DNA of 63,926 bases, the filler included, from Octopus bimaculoides (taxonomy: Eukaryota): NCBI RefSeq assembly GCF_001194135.2. It is 4 parts of 3 records of this genome, joined end to end, with 100 filler letters (N's around TTAATTAATTAA, not from the genome) between each part and the next. Parts side by side here need not be neighbours in the genome. Positions count along the whole stretch, not along the records: positions 1 to 28,462 come from NC_068986.1; 3 more parts are not named here. One strand, 5' to 3'. A model generated the notes under the pieces. That model was not told where the DNA came from, ran no database searches, and was given only the letters and a program-made list of their open reading frames with translations. The translations under genes and the position numbers were made by a program. Positions 1 to 13,301 of the stretch are shown piece after piece (positions within the stretch are counted from its first letter, which is position 1; each line of letters starts with the position of its first letter).

Positions 1-534
1 TATATATATATATATATATATATATTTGTTTGTTGGTTTTTCATTCTTTCGGTTATTCCTTCCTTATTCAGTTCATTCTCTCCGACACATTTTCTTGTCT
101 CTATTTACTTAATGGTTACCTTTAAGATATATCTACATCAACTTCACGTATTATTCCTGATAATTACGCTCAGTGTATTGATTCCATTATATATATATAT
201 ATATATATAATAACTTTTTAATCTCCGACATTATTTTATTCTGAAACTAATCTTATTTTTTGACCCATCCTCTCACAAGTCTACTAAGGTTTCTTAAATA
301 CTTATCGTGCCAATTGAGACTACGCTTCTTATCAAAATTTGAAACTCTTAAGTACAGATATTTATTCTTCGTCATATTTATTCGTTTCTCTGACAATCTC
401 TCTATGTTTAATCATAACATTCCTCGTCCCTCTCGTCTTTATTGCTGTCGATTTCCCTCTCACTTTCTTTCCCTAACTCTCTATCTAAATATCTATGTGT
501 GTTTATGTAGGTGACTGCGTGTATAGCCATCCAT

Positions 535-590
<56 letters not shown>

Positions 591-630
591 GAATCAATCC
601 ATCCATCCAGCCATCTATCTATCTATTTAT
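535..630. repeat. (ATCT)n/(ATCC)n tetranucleotide microsatellite
   Basis: Direct reading; it generates the YLSI/IYLS ORFs at 495 and 511. Confidence 0.95.
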
Positions 631-2085
631 CTATCTCTTCGTGTGTTTGTGTGTGTTATATATATATATATGTATATANNNNNNNNNNNNNNNNNNNNNN
701 NNNNNNNNNNNNNNNNNNNNNNNNNNNNNNNNNNNNNNNNNNNNNNNNNNNNNNNNNNNNNNNNNNNNNNNNNNNNNNNNNNNNNNNNNNNNNNNNNNNN
801 NNNGTGTGTTCAGGTATATGATATATATGAAAATAGACTAAGAACCATTAAAAACACAATGTTCCGATATTCTTTATGTGCAGAAGATCCATTTGCCGCC
901 GATGCACACGTGAGAACTATATTTATAGGTTTCCTGTGTGCTTGTGTGTGCGTGGGTATATGTGTGTGCGTGCGTGCATGTGTGTATGTTAGATTGTATA
1001 AATAAGAGAAACAGCGAGAACAGAAATAAGATGAGATCCATTAAAACTGGATGCATTTCACTATTTTTCAATTGAATTCTCCTTAAATTGACCCATGATG
1101 GATCCCCGATATATTGGTTTCCTTGCATTATGCAGAAAAAATTTTGAGCTCCTGTTCCAATTTTACAAAAGCTTATTTTATAGGATTGCGATACTTTTTG
1201 GAATCAAACAAACTTCGTGATTTAATAGACACAAATATGGAAAAATGCGACTAAGTACCTAAAGATGAAGTACCTGTTGTACTAAAGTCACAGTAAAAAC
1301 ATTTGATATCATGTGTGGACTAAAAAAATAGTATTTTGCATATTAAGTTAAATCAATTCTAAAAACAAGACAATCGACTTCCTCCAATGGTTTTGAACAC
1401 ACAAACTTTTGACCTGGAAAAATTGTGCATTTTTTCTGGAAATCTTGTAAGTACCTCTTTCATTTTACAAATTATTTCATCTACACTGTGAATTTCTGCT
1501 ACAATTTCTCATATATTCCTGATATTCTCTGTTGTATTTCTATAGTATTAGTGCCATGGTTTTCTCTTCATACACGCCGGTCCAAAATATCACAATGTTC
1601 TCTGTTTTCCTTTGTCTTTTACCACCTAACTGTCTTGCAGCTGTCTTCTAATGTTACTGTAAATTTTATATTAATGAAAATGACTTGTCTTCCTTTTAAT
1701 TATTAATTTGAGTAATATTTATTGTTCTAGATCATAATTCAATTAACTATTTCCGTGATTTCAATTCTGAGTGTTAATATTGACTGTAACTAACCTCAAG
1801 TATTTTCGATTACCAATTTTCTCTACCTCTCTTTTCTATTCCTACTGCTATATATGGAATCCCTGTATTTAGACTCTTTTATCGAAAACTTTTACCCTGT
1901 CTCTTTATACTATTTTAAATGCTTCTTTTCAATTCCTACATTATAAAACGATTGTCCATTGCAGGATAACTCTTTTATAGCTGAATGATCTAGAGAAATA
2001 TGAGATGAATTGTTGTGCACATGAAATCAACGAAAAGCCAGATCCAGTTCAAGTAACTATGATCTTATGATTGTAAGGGCAAAGC

Positions 2086-2468
2086 TGTTGGCACTCCGTC
2101 GCTTACGACGTCGAGGCTTCCAGTTGATCCGATCAACGGAACAGCCTCCTCGTGAAATTAACGTGCAAGTGGCTGAGCACTCCAGAGACACGTGTACCCT
2201 TAACGTATTTCTCGGGGAGATTCACCGTGACACAGTGTTACAAGGCTGGCTCCTTCAACTACAGGCACACTAGAAACAGGAAGAAAAAGTGAGAGAAAGT
2301 TGTGGTGAAAGAGTATAGCAGGGTTCGCCACCATCCCCTGCCGGAGCCCGTGGAACTTTAGGTGTTTTCGCTCAATAAACACTCACAACGCCCGGTCTGG
2401 GAATCGAAACCACGATCCTATGACCGCGAGTCCGCTGCCGTAACCACTGGGTCATTGCGCCGCCACAC
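2086..2468 (-). mobile_element. Full-length tRNA-headed SINE (family S3) with perfect 12-bp target-site duplication
   Basis: Minus-strand head has A-box-like TGACCCAGTGG and B-box-like GGTTTCGATTCC. TAAGGGCAAAGC is repeated at 2074-2085 and 2469-2480. The 3' part matches 24632-24849. Confidence 0.9.
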
Positions 2469-2542
2469 TAAGGGCAAAGCACAAAGACACTAACTGCAAG
2501 GGCACGCGTCTTCACTTAACTTTCATTCTTATTACAGATATA

Positions 2543-2942
2543 TATTTCTTTATTGCTCACGAGGAGCTAAACATAGAGGGGACAAACAAGCAACGGCAAA
2601 AGGATTAAGTCGATTACATCGACCCCAGTGCGTAACTGCTATTTATTGAATCGACCCCGAAGGGATGAAAGGCAAAATTGGCCTCATCGGAATTTGAACT
2701 TAGAACGTAAAGACTGACGAGATACCGCTAAGCATTTTGACCGGCGTGCTAACGTTTCTTATTTCTTTATTACCCATAAGGAGCTAAACATATAGGGGAA
2801 CAAACAGGGACAGACAAAAGGATTAAATTGATTACATTTACTCCAGTATGTAACTGATACTTATTTAATCGACCCCGAAGGGATGAAATGCAAAGCCGAC
2901 CTCGGCGGAAATGAACTCAGATAAATACCATAAATGCCTAAG
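2543..2942 (-). mobile_element. Two head-to-tail copies of SINE family S1
   Basis: Both copies contain ATCGACCCCGAAGGGATGAAA-GCAAA and GGAATTTGAACT-type blocks shared with the other S1 copies. Junction at 2759/2760. Confidence 0.85.
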
Positions 2943-3582
2943 TGATATGAGTTGCAGATTCTTTCAATGCTTAATTTAAATATTTTTCTGTTAAATAGAC
3001 AGAGTAGTGTTCTATTTAACGTTTAGTTTGTGCCTTTCAGCCGGGTTTGTATGAAGGACAAGGTATCTCTGTTCACGAAATTATTTTTCAAGTGATACAT
3101 TTCTTTTGTACAACCTGATACTCTGGTGCAAACATATTTTTGTTTGATACTATTAGCGTTTAATTATTAGTCTGAACACTATTGTCGATAGTGTGAAATA
3201 TAGTTTAAGTGGAGTCTAATGGCTTTTAGTTTTCGAAATACGACATTAATTGTAGCTATGTCAGAAGTCGAGTAGATAATAGCATTATTTTCATTAGCTT
3301 ATGTTAAGAATTGTTAATTCTAGTACTGACTCGTAATAAACTAAACTCCCAGATATACAACACAGTAAGGCGATGTGAGATCAAATTAACGGAGGCGACA
3401 ATGTGGCGGACTGAGATGAAATCAAGTAACACGTACAACAGATATAAATATCGAAATATAATATTTAGAGAAAGAATTAATTGTTAAACAATTATTAACG
3501 ATGTATTCATCTTCAATATTTTGTGTGTGGTCGAATTATTTCTTTGGTTTCGACTTTGAACTTTCGTGTGTTACAGTATTTA

Positions 3583-3988
3583 ATTTTCTTCTACTCCAGG
3601 CACGAGGCCCGAAATTTTTGAGGACGAGACCAGTTGATTAGATCGAGCCCAGTATGCAATTGGTACTTAATTTATCGACCCCGAAAAGATGAAAGGCAAA
3701 GTTGACTTCAGCGGAATTTAAACTCAGAACGTAAAGCCAGCTAAGCATTTCGTCGCCCGTGCTATCGTTTCTTATTCCTTTATTGCCCTCAAGGGGACAA
3801 ACAGCAACAGACAAAGGGATTAAGTCGATTACATGGACCCCAGTGCGTAATTGGTACTTAATTTATCGACTCCGAAAGATGAAAGGCAAAGTCGACCTGG
3901 GCGGAATTTGAACTCAGAACGTAACGGCAAACGAAATACCGCTAAACATTTCGCCCGGCGTGCTAACGCTTCTGCCAGCTCGTCGCTT
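3583..3988 (-). mobile_element. Two head-to-tail copies of SINE family S1
   Basis: Same S1 blocks; junction at 3772/3773. The right copy has a complete head (GCTAACGCTTCTGCCAGCTCGTCGC on +). Confidence 0.9.
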
Positions 3989-4002
3989 TACCAACTGTAT
4001 AA

Positions 4003-4106
4003 TATTCTGTTCTACTCTAGGCACAAGACCCGAAATTTTGGGGTACGCAACTGGTACTTAATTCAACGACCCCGAAAGGATGAAAGGCAAAGTCGACTTC
4101 GGTGGA
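4003..4106 (-). mobile_element. 5'-truncated S1 SINE
   Basis: Tail CTACTCTAGGCACAAGACCCGAAATTTTGGGG plus CGACCCCGAAAGGATGAAAGGCAAAGTCGAC. Confidence 0.85.
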
Positions 4107-4486
4107 TCTGTTTTCCATTTTTTATGGAAGGAATGAGAATAGCGCCCTCTACATCTGCATTATATCATACATATTTGAATTGAGGAACATGAGGAACATT
4201 AGCTTCGTGAAGGGAGATACGTTGTCTTTCATTCTTATTCTCAATCAATTTCTATATTTTTACATCCCCCACACTTTACTACCTTTCTTTTCTGGTATTT
4301 ATATACATCTCTCGTTCACTTCTATAGTTACAATCGTCTCTGCGTAACGTTTTTTATTCGTTGTTACAAACAACGTTGTAATTTCAGTTTTTCTTACATA
4401 AATTATGTTAAGTTACTCAAAAACATGATTTCCTATTTAATATCCATTCATAGACGTTGCTCATTTCGGTGGTCCTCATTATTCGT

Positions 4487-4875
4487 TTATTCTTTTACTT
4501 GTTTCAGTCATTTGTCTCCGGTCATGCTGGAGCATCACTTTTAGTCGCAGAAATCGACCCCAATACTTATTCTTTGCAAGCCTAGTACTTATTCTATCTG
4601 TCTCTCTTGCCGAACTGCTAAGTGTTACGGAGACGTAAACACAGCAATATCGGTTGTCAAGCAATGGTGAGGTGACTAACACAGAAACACAAATACACAC
4701 ACATGCACACACGCGCGCGCACACACACACACACATATACGACGGATTTCTTTCACATTTCCGTCTGCCAAATCCACTCACAGGGCTTTGGTCCGACTGA
4801 AGCTATAGTAAAAGACACTTTCCCAAGGTGCCATGCAGTGGGATTGAATCCGGAACCAAGCTTGTTACCTGCGCC
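4487..4875 (-). mobile_element. SINE family S2 (tRNA-like head, internal (CA)n, 3' tail)
   Basis: Reverse complement aligns by eye with the copies at 34332, 43791, 60418 and 63481. Confidence 0.9.
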
Positions 4876-5052
4876 TGTGTCAAAACAATCCTCAAACTTT
4901 TTCAGCAGACATTTGTTCTACGCGCTTCATTCCAGTCTGTTCTTTTAATTTGCTGCTTACATATAGTATACGTCATGTTTTATTCTTAATATCTTGCGTC
5001 AAATGTTATTTGTTCATCTGGTTTACATCCACTGGACTCTAGAAGCCATGTA

Positions 5053-5750
5053 ATAAACCCTTGCCTGCCATGAGCCCCATTTACGGATCTGTTAAAAAAA
5101 GTTTCGCTGCCGGTTGTTCGTTGTATTTAAAAGTAAATTGCTTATGTACATTGAATCTGCAGAGGTGCGATTAACAATTTTTAGTAGTTAAAGTCTATCA
5201 TTATTAGCTCTGTCTAATTCTAGAACACAGTTTATGTCACAAATCGCAATTTTTGAGCTTCAAAAGTATTGATTGCTTTGAAAACTTTGTTTCATTTTTA
5301 CATTTCCCATTGAATCTGCAGAGGTGCGATTAACAATTTTTAGTAGTTAAAGTCTATCATTATTAGCTCTGGCTAATTCTAGAACACATTTTATGTCACA
5401 AATCGCAATTGTTGAGCTTCAAAAGTATTGACTGCTTTGAAAACTTTGTTTCATTTTTACATTTCCCATCTATATCATTCATTGATATTTCATACACATT
5501 CGCATTTGATACTATAGTTTCAAAAAAAAAAAAAAAAGCTAAAATATTTATTATTGCATTTGAATAGAAAAGGATAAATATGATTTTCTTCAGCGATTCC
5601 CATTCGAGAATTTTCGTAAGATTTATCAACATTTCCCAAATAATTCACGTATGAAGATAATTTAAATACTGTGAATTATTTTTAACTCCTAAGACACCTA
5701 GCAAAACCTAAACAATATGAATTGAAAAGTATTGGCAGTTAATGGGTTAA
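5053..5750. mobile_element. Degenerate piggyBac-like MITE
   Basis: Right end GGCAGTTAATGGG+TTAA (5747-5750). Left end TAAACCCTTGCCTGCCA is an imperfect inverted match. TTAA-CCC ends are typical of piggyBac. Confidence 0.45.
5151..5468. repeat. Tandem duplication, 2 x 159 bp
   Basis: Units 5151-5309 and 5310-5468 differ at 4 positions by eye. Confidence 0.95.
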
Positions 5751-6298
5751 AATAAACAAGAAGGAAATATCAGTAGCTTGTATTTTTAAAGCTTTAATGT
5801 CAATTTCTCTTGAACAAAATAATTCACCACTGTGCATATCAGGCATAGAAATATCCGTTAATGTTGTTGTTAAGAAGTGTAGTGCTTGGAATACAGGCAA
5901 TAAACAGACTGATGAAATGATATATTTCGAACTTATGTATCGGACATTTGGACGCATTTACGCTTGTTGAAAGCCCTGCAAAGTGTCTTGATTCATTGAT
6001 GTAATTTACGAGAAATGAAAACCAAACATCTCTCCAATAACACTGCATGGCCGTTACAAAACAACAAGCATGTTTCATGCAATTTAGGGATTCTATCGGC
6101 CAACGTTGACCACCTAACTCCATACATACATGCAAAGCAAGAAAGAATTATTTAGAGCTAAAGTGCACATGAATTTAACAGGCTGGCAAACACCAAAATA
6201 TATCATATGCATTGAAAAATCTCTCTCTCGCTCTCTCTCCATTTATTTACACACACACACGCATATATACATACACACACACACACATATATATACAT

Positions 6299-6514
6299 AT
6301 TCATTTCTAATCCAGGCACAAGGCCCGAAATATTTTGGGAGGAGTCCAGTAGATCCGATCGACCCCAGTAAGCAACTGGTACTTAATTTATGGACCCCGG
6401 AAGGATGAAGGGCAAAGACGACCACGGCGGAATTTGAACTCAGAACATAAAGACAGACGAAATGCCGCTAAGCACTTCGCCCGGCGTGCTAACGTTTCTG
6501 CCAGCTCACCGCCT
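6299..6514 (-). mobile_element. Full-length S1 SINE
   Basis: Minus-strand head GGCGGTGAGCTGGCAGAAACGTTAGC, B-box-like GAGTTCAAATTCC, and S1 tail. Confidence 0.92.
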
Positions 6515-6639
6515 TTTTATATATTGCAAACCAAATGCATGCTTGTATGGAATAATTTTGTTTAGTACCATGTTCGGTGGAACGGTAGCGTCGATTCGTA
6601 TTTCGCTGACTGTCGATTGTTATTTTTTCATGGCATAAA

Positions 6640-6996
6640 TTGATTATTATCATTGTTTCTCTTCTTGTTGTTGCTGTTTGTTGCTAATGTTGTTGATGTT
6701 GCTGCCCTTGTTATTATTTTCATCTTTGTCATAATTATCATCGTCATAATCATCGTCATCATCATCATCGTCTTCTTCATCAAAATCGTCATCAACTTCA
6801 TCAACATTATGATGATGCTCATCATCATCATAATCATCATCATAATCATCATCTTAACCATCATCATCATCATCGTCGTCGTCGTGATCATCACCATCAT
6901 TATCATCATTGTCATCAACGTCATCATTATCATTATCATCGTCATCATTATCATCCTCAATTATCACAACCATCGTCGACGTTGTCAACATCATCG
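6640..6996. repeat. Degenerate (TCA/TCG/TTG)n trinucleotide tract abutting a gap
   Basis: Direct reading; source of the poly-I/poly-M/poly-D ORFs. Confidence 0.9.
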
Positions 6997-7552
6997 NNNN
7001 NNNNNNNNNNNNNNNNNNNNNNNNNNNNNNNNNNNNNNNNNNNNNNNNNNNNNNNNNNNNNNNNNNNNNNNNNNNNNNNNNNNNNNNNNNNNNNNNNNNN
7101 NNNNNNNNNNNNNNNNNNNNNNNNNNNNNNNNNNNNNNNNNNNNNNNNNNNNNNNNNNNNNNNNNNNNNNNNNNNNNNNNNNNNNNNNNNNNNNNNNNNN
7201 NNNNNNNNNNNNNNNNNNNNNNNNNNNNNNNNNNNNNNNNNNNNNNNNNNNNNNNNNNNNNNNNNNNNNNNNNNNNNNNNNNNNNNNNNNNNNNNNNNNN
7301 NNNNNNNNNNNNNNNNNNNNNNNNNNNNNNNNNNNNNNNNNNNNNNNNNNNNNNNNNNNNNNNNNNNNNNNNNNNNNNNNNNNNNNNNNNNNNNNNNNNN
7401 NNNNNNNNNNNNNNNNNNNNNNNNNNNNNNNNNNNNNNNNNNNNNNNNNNNNNNNNNNNNNNNNNNNNNNNNNNNNNNNNNNNNNNNNNNNNNNNNNNNN
7501 NNNNNNNNNNNNNNNNNNNNNNNNNNNNNNNNNNNNNNNNNNNNNNNNNNNN

Positions 7553-7602
<50 letters not shown>

Positions 7603-7907
7603 TAACATGCATATACATGCACACATACGTAAAGAGGTATAGGTATACACATGTGTTGCCACAGGCAGTTATATATGTGTGTATATATATATATATATGC
7701 ATATGTACATATATATATATACATATATATATATATACATACAGATTTATATATACACATATATATACTTATATATATATATATGTGTGTGTGTATAGTA
7801 TAATATAAATCATATACTGTATAATATATATGTACGCATACAGACATATATACATACATGTATACATATATTTATACATATGTTATCGATATATATATGT
7901 ATATATA

Positions 7908-7962
<55 letters not shown>

Positions 7963-8406
7963 CGTATGTATGGTAGTTCTTAGTTTAGTTCGCCATTTAA
8001 ATTTTCGTAGCCACTGTCATTATATTTTTTTTTCGTTTTTCAAACTGTTTTGATTTAAATTATATTATTATAGTTCTTCTTGTTTTCTTTTTTACTTTTC
8101 TCTTTTGTCTTAATAGAAAGAAACTTAGGTTGGTCAAAATTACGTAACTTTCCAAATCTCTTAATTCCATCTTGAAATTGCAGTTAGAAATGTGATGAAG
8201 AATAAGGAAGTAAAAAAGAAACAAAAGTCAGATGCTTGGAAAGTATATATTTATTCTGTTTTGTTGTATTCTCTCTTTTGTTGTGTTGTCCTAATTGTTC
8301 TAATTACTTTAATCAATCTAATTACCCATATATTATTACCAACATTATCGTTACCAACATTAGCAACACCATCGTCGTGGTGATTAACACTATCATCAAC
8401 ATCATA

Positions 8407-8409
<3 letters not shown>

Positions 8410-8483
<74 letters not shown>
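8410..8483. repeat. Compound (TAT)n to (TAG)n microsatellite
   Basis: Direct reading. Confidence 0.95.
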
Positions 8484-8618
8484 TTGTCAACGTTACTATG
8501 AAATGTTTAGCAGGATTTTGTTCCGATTTCGAATCCCGTTCTCGTCCAAGCATTGGACTTTTGCCATCATTCACAAAATGATTTCTAGTCAGATATTCGC
8601 ATTCTTTTATAATATAAT

Positions 8619-8855
8619 AATCTTCTTCTTCTTCTTCTTCTTCTTCTTCTTCTTCTTCTTCTTCTTTGTCTCCTTCTTCTCCTCCTCCTCCTCCTCCTCT
8701 TCCCCCTCGTCCTCCTTCTTCTTCTCTTCCTCCTCCTCCTCCTCCTTCTTCATTATGGTTGTCGTTGTCACCGTCATAGTCACGGACATCGTCGCCATCA
8801 TCATCGTCATCCTCATGCTCACCTGCATCATCATTGTCATCGTGACGACCATCAT
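8619..8855. repeat. Compound (TTC)n/(TCC)n/(TCA)n tract
   Basis: Direct reading; source of the poly-F/S and poly-K/E ORFs. Confidence 0.9.
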
Positions 8856-9110
8856 GTTGGTGGTTAAACGTGCATAGTCCTTAGGGCATCAGAAACTGTT
8901 CTTGTGGCATTTGTTTCAGCATTTTTTTCTTCTAAGTGAAAATCTTGACAGAGACAACTTACATCATGAGGTCTACCTTATATTTTTTTTATAAATCTTG
9001 TTTCGTTCATTAGACAATTACTGGGGTATAAGCATAACATCACCGGCTATTAAACAGTGGAGAGAGGGCAAACACAGAAATGACACGTACACACACACAT
9101 GCACAAAAGC

Positions 9111-9151
<41 letters not shown>

Positions 9152-9242
9152 CGTGTGTCTTTNNNNNNNNNNTGTGTGTGTGTGTGTGTGCGTGTGTCTT
9201 TGTGTGTGTGTGTGTGTGTGTGTGTGAGTGTGTGTGTGTGTG

Positions 9243-9340
9243 TACGATGGACTTCCCCTGAGTTTACGTGTTCTATATTCACTCACAAGGTTTTGCTCAG
9301 CTGTTTCGAGACTATAGTGGAAAAGTTTTACCAAACGTGC
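9243..9340 (-). mobile_element. Diverged S2 SINE fragment
   Basis: TACGATGGACTTC...CACTCACAAGGTTTTG...GACTATAGTGGAAAAG resembles the S2 body next to its (CA)n tract. Confidence 0.6.
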
Positions 9341-9470
9341 TGTAGACAGGGAATGAACGTGTATTGTCGGGTTTGTTTTCGATGGTTTTCATTGTGGTTT
9401 TTGTTGATGCCCTATGAGAAAGAATGATACTTTTTCATAGTTTTTGAGTATGATAATGACATGAAAGTTT

Positions 9471-9659
9471 TTGGACAATGCCCGAGACCTTATAAGAGGG
9501 ACTAAGTGGATCCCGTCGACCTCAGTTTACAACTGGTTCTTATTTTATCGACCCGAAGGATGGAAGGCAAAGTCATCTCAGTGGCATTTTAACTCAGATC
9601 GTAAACATGGACGAAATGCCGCTAAGCATTTGTCTGGTGTACTAACGATTCTGCCATCT
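9471..9659 (-). mobile_element. Diverged S1 SINE
   Basis: ATCGACCCGAAGGATGGAAGGCAAAGTC and GAAATGCCGCTAAGCATT blocks. Confidence 0.85.
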
Positions 9660-11453
9660 TGTATTTGTGTATAATAATAAAAAATATATATCCTGTAGGA
9701 GATGTTTTACTCAGATGAAAATATCTTGTCTCGAATATAATTTCTACCTTTAGGAATAATTTTTTATTGATTTTAAAGATAGTTGCTGTTAATGATTTTA
9801 CGAGTTCGATCGTCTTTTTTTTTTCAACTGTTTGACCCTTCAATTTAATTTAATGCTTTTAGTATTTACACACTGCAATGAATTAGGTTCTCACTGTTTT
9901 CTTGCAGTCGAAAACATTGGGTTACACAAGATTTCTTATTAGTGAATCATTCATTTTGACTTTTCCCTTATTTAAGTGCATTTTTCGTATTCGTTCTATA
10001 TCACATCACCCGCTGAATTTTATTGACTTTTGTTCTCCGTGGCGTTATAAAGTCACTCAGAAATCTTTATTGCTAAATAGCTTGCCATAGCACGGTACGC
10101 GATTCCAGTACCTTATGTAAATGTTTCATACTCTTCACATCTTTGATTCTCATTTATTTTTTATGGATAACATTTCATTACTTGCTCCTTTGGCTGAACA
10201 CTGTCTCTAATATCGGAATTCTCTTAATGATTCAGTCCATCATCTATGGCTAAGCTAAATCATATTCATCACACGTTTGTCCAGTCAATGGAACTTAAAT
10301 AACGTTTTTGAGCAAGTGGTGAAATATTACTGCAAGACAGAGCACTAATATTGCTCTCCTGTGATACCCTGCAATCTAAAACTAGGGAATGGTGCACTGA
10401 ATGATGTAGGTTGAAATACAATATTTATGACAAAATATATATAAATAGGATTTCTACGTTTTGAATGTCTTAGATCGTACCGCCACTCGATCCGAGTTAA
10501 AGCGGTCTGAAACATCAAGACATTATTCACTATCGGCTTTCTCTTATTTTCACCCAATACAAACTCTCGCAGTCAGCAACATGTACCACTTGAATTAAAG
10601 GGAACAAGACAAAAACTGAACAGCATATTCGGCAAAATGTGAAGGGAATGTGAACGGTTTGTTGCAGTTGGAGCTACCATTTTTTAATATTCCGCTCAGT
10701 TGTAAGAGACTGTCAAAGAGCTGAACAGCAGACAATTGTTTAGAGAAGAAATCCCAAATTGGTAAGTGTTTCTATCCTTAGCATCTTACACTCAGAGAGG
10801 GTCTAGCCGCATCCAAGTCTCTGGGAGCCCTTCTGCTGGCAGTCTTTAGGCTCATGTAATAAAATGCACCAAATAGTGGGGAGCATTCGAGGAGGGTTAA
10901 CATTCCTGTTTGGCATGCTTCGCATGCTGTTTTCTTGTGACATTTATATCATGATCATTTTCATTGGTTTATCACCATTTTAATACTAAGTGGGGCGGCG
11001 TGGAGGGATCGATAGAGTATCGGATATTTGTGAAACAAACAATGGCCCCCTGAGCTTAAATGCAAAAGTACAGATGAAGCTGATTTCAGATTTCGCTAGC
11101 ATGTATTGGTCTTCATAAAATTCCAGTATAGATTTGAGATTCATTTTCCTCTCTCCTTAATTCTATCTTCTTACACAATTTACCTGTAATCTAAGTGGTC
11201 AAACTCTCAAGATTGCCTCATCATGACAAGCAGGGACAAATAAGAGAAATACGTTTCTGTCGACATCACCGTCACCATTATTATAATCGCCGTCGTCGTC
11301 TTCGTCAGTGTCGTCATCGTCATTGTCATCACGATCATCATGATCATCGGGATCAGTGTCATCATTCTTCTACATCGTCATCGCGATAATCATAATCGTC
11401 ATCGTCATGATGATGATGATCTTAATTATTATCATGATATCACCACTACATTC

Positions 11454-11563
<110 letters not shown>

Positions 11564-12162
11564 TTCAACTATCGCAGATAAACATCAATATTTTCTTCAT
11601 TACAGTTTTCATTTGTCTCCATTGTTACAGAATTAATTACGGAATGTACAAGAACGTTTCTCTTTTTTATTTTATTTTTTTTTTCATCAAGATATCAGAT
11701 TATACTGAAATATAATTCTTACTAAGAGTGCCATCCTCCATATACACATACGCAAACATATAAACGCACAGATGCACGATGTATGTATGTTTGTTTGTTT
11801 GTTTGTTTGTTTGTATGTATGTATGTGTGTATGTGTGTGTGTATGTATGTATGTCTGCGTGGTTGTACGTGTGTAAATATGACCAAGATATTTTCCTCGC
11901 AACAAATGTGGTTTAGAATTCAGTTACGCTGCGTGGCTCTTTCTGCAAATATCTTCTATATGAATGGGTAGTATGTAGGACTATACATGTGTATGCATAT
12001 CAAAGTATTTTACTAAGTTTTCCTACAGATATAGATAGGATATAGGTTATTGGTGACTTCGAAACTTCGGTTTATCAGCGATGAATAATCTGATGAAGCA
12101 TACGGCAAGCTGAATCTTGGAAATCATTGTCAATCTTTTCTTTGTAAAGTTAGCTAAGAAGC

Positions 12163-12201
<39 letters not shown>

Positions 12202-12399
12202 TGTATGTAAAGATAGGTGGTGCGCGTGCGTGTGTATGTGTATAGTTTTGACGATCGAAACAGGAAAAATACAACTAAAATCATGAGTAAATATATATAN
12301 NNNNNNNNNNNNNNNNNNNNNNNNNNNNNNNNNNNNNNNNNNNNNNNNNNNNNNNNNNNNNNNNNNNNNNNNNNNNNNNNNNNNNNNNNNNNNNNNNNN

Positions 12400-12435
<36 letters not shown>

Positions 12436-12497
12436 GCGCGCGCGCACACACCCAGACACCCAGACAACCCCCCCACACACACACATATATATATAAC

Positions 12498-12985
12498 AAA
12501 TTAAAAGGGTGGCTTATTAGAAATTAGAGCCTTAAAGCAAAGTTAATAAACTTCACAAAATTGATGGACGATGCTGACTAGCACCGCTTATTCTAAAATG
12601 AGAGTTAACTTGACTCCAAAGCCACTAGAGTGTGCTATAGTTAATGACTATCGAAGGTTGATAAGTCCCTAGCGTATATAACCGTATGGCGATTTCGAAA
12701 TTTGGTACAGACCAATTTAACTCTCATCGGTGTTTCTTAACGCCTATGTTAAACTCAGCTTACTTTCTTTGTCAATGCTGTTGAAATGTGCTGATTATCA
12801 AAACGGTAAACGTGTAAACAAGAAATTAAAAGGGTGGCTTATTAGCATTTGGAATCTAATGGCAAAATTAACAGAGGCCACAAAAGTGACGAAACGTGCT
12901 GACTAGCACCGCTTATACTAAACTTAGTGTTAAATTAACTCCAAAGCCATGAGAGGACTATACTTAATAACTATATAACTTATAT
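12498..12985. repeat. Diverged direct repeat, two ~165-bp copies with a 325-bp offset
   Basis: Identical blocks at 12498/12823 (23 bp), 12572/12897 (20 bp) and 12613/12938 (12 bp). Confidence 0.85.
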
Positions 12986-13266
12986 GTTTAACAAAGGAAG
13001 CTGGGTTTAGCTCTAGGCGTTAATAGCCGCTCAGGAGAATTATAGTGTTCTACACAAAAATTAGAAATAGAGATACGGCTATATGTGCTAGGGGCTTACC
13101 TCCCTTTGTCAGTCATTAAGTATACAATAATCACACGTCATATTTCGATTCACTTATCGTGCCCTCAGTACATCACAGATTCTTCTAGCTAATATAAGTA
13201 AATTTATATCACACACTCCTCGGTATATCGCGCGTTTCTGCGGCCGGTAAGTATTCATATTTTTTT

Positions 13267-13298
<32 letters not shown>

Positions 13299-13301
<3 letters not shown>

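Noticed and set aside
2543-4106. CRISPR-like regular repeats
   Set aside because: Units are ~200-bp diverged SINE copies, with no unique spacers of constant length and no cas genes.
5909-5931. CTGATGA...GAA hammerhead candidate
   Set aside because: Stem II overlaps the core, and no stem I or GAAA is in register.
10690-10768. Strong plus-strand donor TG|GTAAGT
   Set aside because: All three upstream frames contain stops; could be UTR or lncRNA, but unsupported without transcripts.
12090-12115. CTGATGA-AGC..GCT-GAAT candidate
   Set aside because: No A15.1/U16.1 pair and no stem I.
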